The notes beneath the pieces were generated by a model. The model had not been told where the DNA came from. It made no database searches and saw nothing but the letters and a program-made list of their open reading frames with translations. From positions 1 through 45,329 of the forward strand of contig JBFRWD010000177.1 in assembly GCA_051439425.1 (NCBI GenBank): a stretch of DNA of 45,329 nt, written 5' to 3'. This stretch comes from Synechococcus sp. GTDB lineage: Bacteria > Cyanobacteriota > Cyanobacteriia > Thermostichales > PCC-7336. A program made the translations under genes and the position numbers. Position 1 is the first letter of the stretch. Every line of letters begins with the position of its first letter. Below, one piece after another: positions 40,524-45,329 of this stretch.

Positions 40524-41462
40524 ATGAGGCTCGAACAGCTTCAAGCATTTCTCGCAGTGTCAGAATCGGGGAGTTTTCAGCAGGCTGCCCGTCATTGCAA
40601 TATCACTCAGTCTACGGTCAGCAGACAAATTCAGTCTCTGGAAACCCAGTTAGGGCTGTCATTGTTCCACCGCTCGACCCCAGCTAAGCTCACAGTTGCT
40701 GGAGAGCACCTACTGGCCCGCGCTCGACGTATCTGTCAGGAATGGGAAAGTGCCACCCTAGAACTATCAGAACTAGCCGCCGGCAAACAAACCGAGCTGT
40801 GCGTTGCGGCTATTCAGTCTGCCTGCTCAACGTATTTGCCTCCCATCCTTCAGCAGTTTTGTTCCGACTACCCAGACGTACAATTACGAGTCACGTCATT
40901 GGGCAGCGATCGCGCCTTAAAAGTATTGCGGGATGGGTTAGTCGATGTGGCGCTCGTCATGCACAATCGCTGGCTAACCGAGAAAGCCGAGACAAAGATC
41001 TTGCAACTGTACGATGAACCTATTGATGTATTGCTGGCAGCCGATCACCCATTAGCTGAATATGACAGCATTCCCTGGCACGCGCTGGCTAAGTATCCTC
41101 AAGTGGTATTCAAAGATGGATACGGTATGCAACGGCTGGTGCAAGAACAGTTTCAACGGCAGGGATTACAGCTAAAAGCGGCCTTAGAGCTGAATACGTT
41201 GGATGCCTTTCGGGGAGTCGTCAAGCAGGGCAATATGGTGGCATTGCTGCCGCAAGCCGCCACTCTGAACGCGATCGCCGATCCCCATTTGGTGACCCGA
41301 GCAACAGAGACTCCACGCTTGACCCGACAGGTGGCGTTAGTCACCACCCGGGATCGGCTCGAGTTCCCTCCCATCCGCCATTTTTGTCAGTTGGTGCAAC
41401 AGCATCAGACCCTGTTGGAGACCAATCGACCCGAAACAGTCGTCGCCGAGGCTGGAGGGTAG
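40524..41462 (+). CDS. ntcB: LysR-family regulator NtcB (nitrate/nitrite assimilation)
   Basis: MRLEQLQAFLA...GSFQQAA..C..TQSTVSRQIQ and LRVTSLGSDRALKVL; adjacent to a cnaT-like gene, as in Anabaena. Confidence 0.85.
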   Translation: MRLEQLQAFLAVSESGSFQQAARHCNITQSTVSRQIQSLETQLGLSLFHRSTPAKLTVAGEHLLARARRICQEWESATLELSELAAGKQTELCVAAIQSACSTYLPPILQQFCSDYPDVQLRVTSLGSDRALKVLRDGLVDVALVMHNRWLTEKAETKILQLYDEPIDVLLAADHPLAEYDSIPWHALAKYPQVVFKDGYGMQRLVQEQFQRQGLQLKAALELNTLDAFRGVVKQGNMVALLPQAATLNAIADPHLVTRATETPRLTRQVALVTTRDRLEFPPIRHFCQLVQQHQTLLETNRPETVVAEAGG

Positions 41463-41574
41463 AAACCGAGTTTCTGGTAGTGCCGTCATGTCTAACCGTT
41501 CTTTCCAGTCACTGAGTGTATGATTTGCGCTATCCGGTATTGCCGATTCGTTCCACGTCCATAGTCGAGCCTCC

Positions 41575-42654
41575 ATGAGCGATACATTTCGCGATCTGTT
41601 GAAGTTAGTCGGTAGCGGCCCGCACACCGGCAAAAAGCTGTCACGCGGGCAGGCTAAAAGTGCCACGCTAGCCATGCTGAGGGGGGAAGCGACTCCAGCT
41701 CAGATTGGGGCCTTTATGATCGCCCATCGCATCAGACGTCCCACTGCAGCTGAGATGGCAGGGATGTTTGATGCCTATAAAGAGCTAGGCGGGCAGTTAC
41801 AACCGCGGTCCGACGGACAGCCGCCGCTTGTATTCGGTATTCCTTACGACGGCCGAACCCGAACGGCTCCGATTGCGCCCATTTCTGCACTTGTAGTCGG
41901 GGCAGCAGGCTTCCCAACAATTCAACACGGGGGCGATCGCATGCCGACCAAACACGGCATCTGCTTGGTCGAACTGTGGCAACAGTTGGGGGTGGATTGG
42001 ACAGATCTGTCTCTAGAACAGTCTCAGCAGATTTTTGAAACCCAGCAGCTCGGCTTTGTGTACCAACCCCAACATTTTCCTGCAGCCGAGTCACTCGTTA
42101 CCTATCGCGATCAAATTGGCAAGCGTCCACCATTTGCCACGCTGGAATTAGCTTGGACTCCCTACACGGGCACTGCAACAACAATCGCCGGCTACGTCCA
42201 TCCCCCCACCGAAAATTTATTACAACAGACCTGCAAAGCAGTGGGTGGTTTCAATCGATTTGTCGCGGTGAAAGGATTGGAAGGCAGCTGTGACTTACCG
42301 CGCAACCGAACTGGTATCGTCAGTATTGACCGGTTTGACGGCAGCGATCCCGAACGTCTATTGCTGCATCCGCGCGATTTCGGCATGGCAGGAGAGGAGC
42401 TGCCGTGTGTCTCAGGAGAGGACTGGGGACGCTCGATGCAAGCGGCGCTTCGAGGGGAAGCAGGAGACTGGCTGGAGACCTGTGTGTGGAATGGTGGCTT
42501 TTACGTGTGGCTGGCTGGGGGGGCAAGCACGATCGCCGAGGGGATCGACTTAGCCCGAGAGTTACTCGTGAGAGGCAAGGTACTGACACATTTACAGGGA
42601 TTGCAAGCAGCTGTTGACGCAATTCGAAACCAGACTGCGGATGCGCAACTTTAA
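41575..42654 (+). CDS. cnaT: Anthranilate phosphoribosyltransferase-like protein (CnaT/YbiB type)
   Basis: VGSGPHTGK.L, QIGAFMIAHRI, PYDGRTR, IGKRPPFAT and GYVHPPTE motifs; synteny with ntcB. Confidence 0.8.
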   Translation: MSDTFRDLLKLVGSGPHTGKKLSRGQAKSATLAMLRGEATPAQIGAFMIAHRIRRPTAAEMAGMFDAYKELGGQLQPRSDGQPPLVFGIPYDGRTRTAPIAPISALVVGAAGFPTIQHGGDRMPTKHGICLVELWQQLGVDWTDLSLEQSQQIFETQQLGFVYQPQHFPAAESLVTYRDQIGKRPPFATLELAWTPYTGTATTIAGYVHPPTENLLQQTCKAVGGFNRFVAVKGLEGSCDLPRNRTGIVSIDRFDGSDPERLLLHPRDFGMAGEELPCVSGEDWGRSMQAALRGEAGDWLETCVWNGGFYVWLAGGASTIAEGIDLARELLVRGKVLTHLQGLQAAVDAIRNQTADAQL

Positions 42655-42684
42655 CAGCGTTAGCGACCCATCCGAACAACGTAA

Positions 42685-43302
42685 ATGGTGCAAACACTGG
42701 CAGATACTAACGGTGCAAAGACACTTGGGATTGAGGCCATTGTGCTGGCTGGGGGACACAGCCATCGAATGGGAGAAGACAAGGCACTCTTGCGGCTAGA
42801 CGGAGTTCCATTGCTGCAACGGATTTGTCAGATAGCCTCAGTTTGCACGCGGCAAACCTATGTCGTAACTCCGTGGAGCGATCGCTATACACACCTACCC
42901 CTGCCTGCCACCCTCATCGCAGAACCGAACGAAAGTGAGATGGCTCGCGGACCGTTGGCAGGGTTTGCCCGTGGATTACAGGTGGTGCAATCAGAGTGGG
43001 TATTGCTATTGGCTTGTGACCTTCCGTGTTTGAGCGTCGAGAGCTTACAACAAGGCATTGCATGCTTGAGACAAGTGCCTACAGACTCAATCGCGTTCCT
43101 TCATCGCCATCCCAAAGGATGGGAGCCATTGTGCGGGTTTTATCGGCATAGTTGTTTGATTAACCTAGAGGAGGCGATCTCAGGCGGAACGCGTTCGTTT
43201 CAAGCATGGCTTGCCACTCAGGAGATCCACGTTTGGGAGGATGCCGATCCCCGACTATTTATCAATTGCAACACCCCCGAAGAGTGGTCGCAAGTGTTGT
43301 AA
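42685..43302 (+). CDS. mobA: Molybdenum cofactor guanylyltransferase
   Basis: IVLAGGHSHRMGEDKA, GPLAG, LACDLP, EPLCGFY and NCNTPEE motifs. Confidence 0.93.
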   Translation: MVQTLADTNGAKTLGIEAIVLAGGHSHRMGEDKALLRLDGVPLLQRICQIASVCTRQTYVVTPWSDRYTHLPLPATLIAEPNESEMARGPLAGFARGLQVVQSEWVLLLACDLPCLSVESLQQGIACLRQVPTDSIAFLHRHPKGWEPLCGFYRHSCLINLEEAISGGTRSFQAWLATQEIHVWEDADPRLFINCNTPEEWSQVL

Positions 43303-43323
43303 TAACCCTGTAGGGATCGACAA

Positions 43324-43454
43324 TCAGCGGTTACTCGGAACAATCGAGTAACAGCGCACCTCAATGCTTTCGCGTGCAGGGGCATTGGGGGCAATGTTCG
43401 GCAGATCTAAGGCTGTATGCGGGGTAAAGCGGGCACGAGCGCCGCCATCCCAGT
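43324..43454 (-). pseudogene. C-terminal remnant of a CmcJ/NvfI-like oxidoreductase
   Basis: DGGARARFTPHTALDLP..APNAPARESIEVR; cut off by an IS630 end at 43455. Confidence 0.6.
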
Positions 43455-43620
43455 TAGCCATGGCCAAAGAATTAGGACGCAAGGCGAAGAACAGGCTCAA
43501 TAGCATCGCACAAAGAGTCAAACTAATGCTTGCAGCGATGAACTCGGGCTTTAATCCAAGCCCAACAATGCTCAATGTGATTGAGGTCAGGAGAGTAAGG
43601 AGGCAAATCCCAAATTTAAG
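43455..43620 (-). mobile_element. IS630-family 3' remnant (DDE C-terminus and right terminal repeat)
   Basis: LPPYSPDLNHIEHCWAWIKARV...*FDSLCDAIEPVLRLAS* followed by the end TAGC-N14-TTAGGAC (plus strand, from 43455). Confidence 0.8.
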
Positions 43621-43673
43621 ACAGCATTTTGTTGAGGGAATATTGTCCTCGTGGCCGTGGAGCACCTCTTACC

Positions 43674-43835
43674 TCATGCTGCTCGCACCTGTTGCACTTG
43701 TGCACCTGCCAATCCGTAGTGCCGCTCGAAGAGGTATTCGCTGTAGTCAGCGAGATTGTCCAACCAATAGACATTCAGCAGTACCTCCGCAACCAGCCAA
43801 ATTCCAAACCTGAGAACATGATGTCGCCATGTCAT
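43674..43835 (-). CDS. Small (53 aa) hypothetical protein, not in the ORF track
   Basis: MTWRHHVLRFGIWLVAEVLLNVYWLDNLADYSEYLFERHYGLAGAQVQQVRAA with GGAG upstream; resembles a recalled cyanobacterial WLxAExxLN..LDxLADYSE family. Confidence 0.6.
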   Translation of the reverse strand: MTWRHHVLRFGIWLVAEVLLNVYWLDNLADYSEYLFERHYGLAGAQVQQVRAA

Positions 43836-43929
43836 CGCCCGCGTCTCCGTGACGCATCATCGGATGACCCCACATCGAGATACTCTCCAATCGGGGCCCT
43901 CCACACATCACAGGTCGATACCCGATAGC

Positions 43930-44247
43930 TATTGCAAGAGAACAGGCAGTTAGGACATATTGGTTGGATTGATGAGTGTCATCTCGCTGATGCCAGCCGC
44001 CTACAGCATGGACCTACGCCTGAAAGTCCTCAAAGCAATCGAGCGAGGAGAAAAGAAAAGCCACATCAGCCGTACGTTCGGCATCAGTCGCAACACCATC
44101 GACCTCTGGCTCAAGCAACGAGACCAATCGGGCTCCATTGCCCCCAAGTCGTACAGTCGTAGGGGACCAGCCCCCAAGATTGAGGACTTGGAAGCCTTTC
44201 GAGAGTTTGCTACGGCTCACGGCCACCTGACCCAACAACAGATGGCA
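43930..44247 (+). mobile_element. IS630-family element, left end and N-terminal HTH ORF, truncated by IS6
   Basis: TA-TTGCAAGAGAACAGGCAGTTAGGAC; ATG 43990 MPAAYSMDLRLKV...LTQQQMA, then an abrupt switch to the IS6 end. Confidence 0.9.
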
Positions 44248-45073
44248 GGGCTCTGTCAAGGTAACAGGCATGCATCCCAAGCTGGAAGAATAGGAAGATG
44301 GATAATCGACCTGTTTCCTACTCTCGTCATCGCTTTCCAGCTGTAGTCATCAGTTACGCAGTTTGACTCTACTATCGCTTCTGTTTGAGCTACCGAGATG
44401 TGGAAGAACTGCTGGCTCAGCGAGGCATCACAGTCAGCTATGAAAGCATCCGTCGCTGGTGCCACAAGTTTGGTCAATCCTACGCCAATCAACTGAAACG
44501 CCGCTTTGCTCGTGCAGGCGACAAATGGCATCTCGATGAAGTACGCGTCGTCATCAATGGCGAAGTGCATTGGTTGTGGAGAGCGGTTGACCAGAACAGT
44601 CGAGTCCTCGATATGCTGGTGCAAAAGCGACGGAATAAGAGAGCTGCCAAGCGCTTATTCCGGCGTTTGCTTAAAGGACATGGATACGTTCCTAGAGTCT
44701 TAATAACGGATAAACTGAGAAGCTACTCTGCCGCTCATCGAGAAGTGATGCCAAGTGTCGAACATAGACGACACGAGGGATTGAACAATCGAGCTGAATC
44801 TTCTCATCAGCCCACAAGATATCGAGAACATCAGATGAAGCGATTCAAATCTATGGGTAGTAGCCAGAGGTTTCTATCAGCCTTTGAACCAATCAGAGCT
44901 CACTTCTGCCCCAGACGACATTTGATGTCGGCGAATATCTATCGAGAGACGTTGCGATCGCGCTTCCAAACTTGGAACCAGATCACCCTTGTATCTGCGA
45001 CTGCTTGATTGAGGTCAATTGCAGCGGAGTTGCTGACTCGCTGATTGTTTGCCGACTTAACGTGACGAAGCCC
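44248..45073 (+). mobile_element. IS6-family element with a nonsense-mutated transposase (44298-45008)
   Basis: RHRFP...YAV*LYYRF.LSYRDVEE, WHLDE, WLWRAVD, ITDKLRSY and NNRAESSH motifs. Imperfect inverted ends: GGGCTCTGTCAAGGTAA and reverse-complement GGGCTTCGTCACGTTAA. TGA at 44364-44366. Confidence 0.9.
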
Positions 45074-45329
45074 GTTGACCACGAATGACTGCTTGTTGTT
45101 ACCACCTCAACTGTTTTGTATCCATACAGAGCAGCAAGCTTTTGCAGTTCGAAGACGAAAACATCAATGCGATCGCTAACTGAACCTTGACAACTCATCA
45201 TGACCTGGTTGACTGACAAAACATTCGTAGTCGCGATACAAAAAACAGACCGAGCACCACAGTCCTAGCCAACAGTTAAGCGAAGAACTCGCTCGGGACG
45301 AAGAATCTGGAATTCCAATTGAAAAGTTC

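Larger units (their letters stand above)
1164..45176. repeat. HIP1 octamer GCGATCGC dispersed through the window
   Basis: Many copies, e.g. 1164-1171, 1209-1216 and 45169-45176; a hallmark of many cyanobacterial genomes. None were seen in ~37.6-39.4 kb. Confidence 0.9.

Noticed and set aside
667..42892. Numerous overlapping antisense or alternate-frame ORFs in the track (e.g. 12928-13611, 29043-29636, 36982-37560)
   Set aside because: They are shadows of well-supported genes and have no motifs of their own.
43324..43665. The 113-aa minus-strand ORF as a real membrane protein
   Set aside because: It is a chimera of out-of-frame IS630 remnant sequence and a CmcJ-like tail.
43841..43855. ACGGA hairpin loop as a CsrA/RsmA site
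   Set aside because: Cyanobacteria are not known to encode CsrA, so it is kept only as SD-sequestering structure.
43960..44346. The 128-aa ORF as a complete transposase ORF
   Set aside because: After LTQQQMA it reads into IS6 terminal sequence.
45183..45196. AACCTTGACA as the IS6 right end
   Set aside because: It matches only a 9-nt core and lacks the terminal GG. The end at 45057-45073 fits better and lies close to the transposase stop.

Overview
This is a cyanobacterial chromosomal segment. The evidence is abundant HIP1 GCGATCGC octamers plus ctp, ntcB-cnaT, pedR-like and DUF1997-like genes. Both ends carry nested, decayed IS elements: IS5 and IS630 on the left; IS630, IS6 and gene scraps on the right. 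Most of the interior is housekeeping (hemF, carotenoid oxygenase, SLH protein, cysteine synthase, photolyase, pseudouridine synthase, rodZ, SulP, hisIE, sppA, TetR, S41 protease, ABC genes, HDAC family, K+ channel, ntcB-cnaT-mobA). Two accessory loci stand out. (1) 24.5-29.8 kb: a CxxC AhpD-like protein, the arsenosugar radical SAM enzyme ArsS, a Cys-rich degenerate metallophosphoesterase and a PhnD/E/C-type ABC importer. The binding protein looks HtxB (hypophosphite-binder)-like, and no arsM or P-oxidation gene is in the window, which suggests a dimethylarsinate uptake/salvage route to arsenosugars. (2) 34.2-39.4 kb: an Spt-like / bCerS-like / extended-SDR trio resembling the bacterial ceramide pathway. 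Its first gene is 5'-truncated and frameshifted next to an AT-rich, HIP1-free cassette encoding an RhlA/PhaG-like acyltransferase and a JmjC dioxygenase. Smaller observations are a nonsense codon in pedR, a 91-bp IS630-type miniature element that supplies the photolyase stop codon, a perfect 30-bp palindromic operator, and small ORFs below the track cutoff. Family assignments come from motif recognition and recall; no database searches were run.
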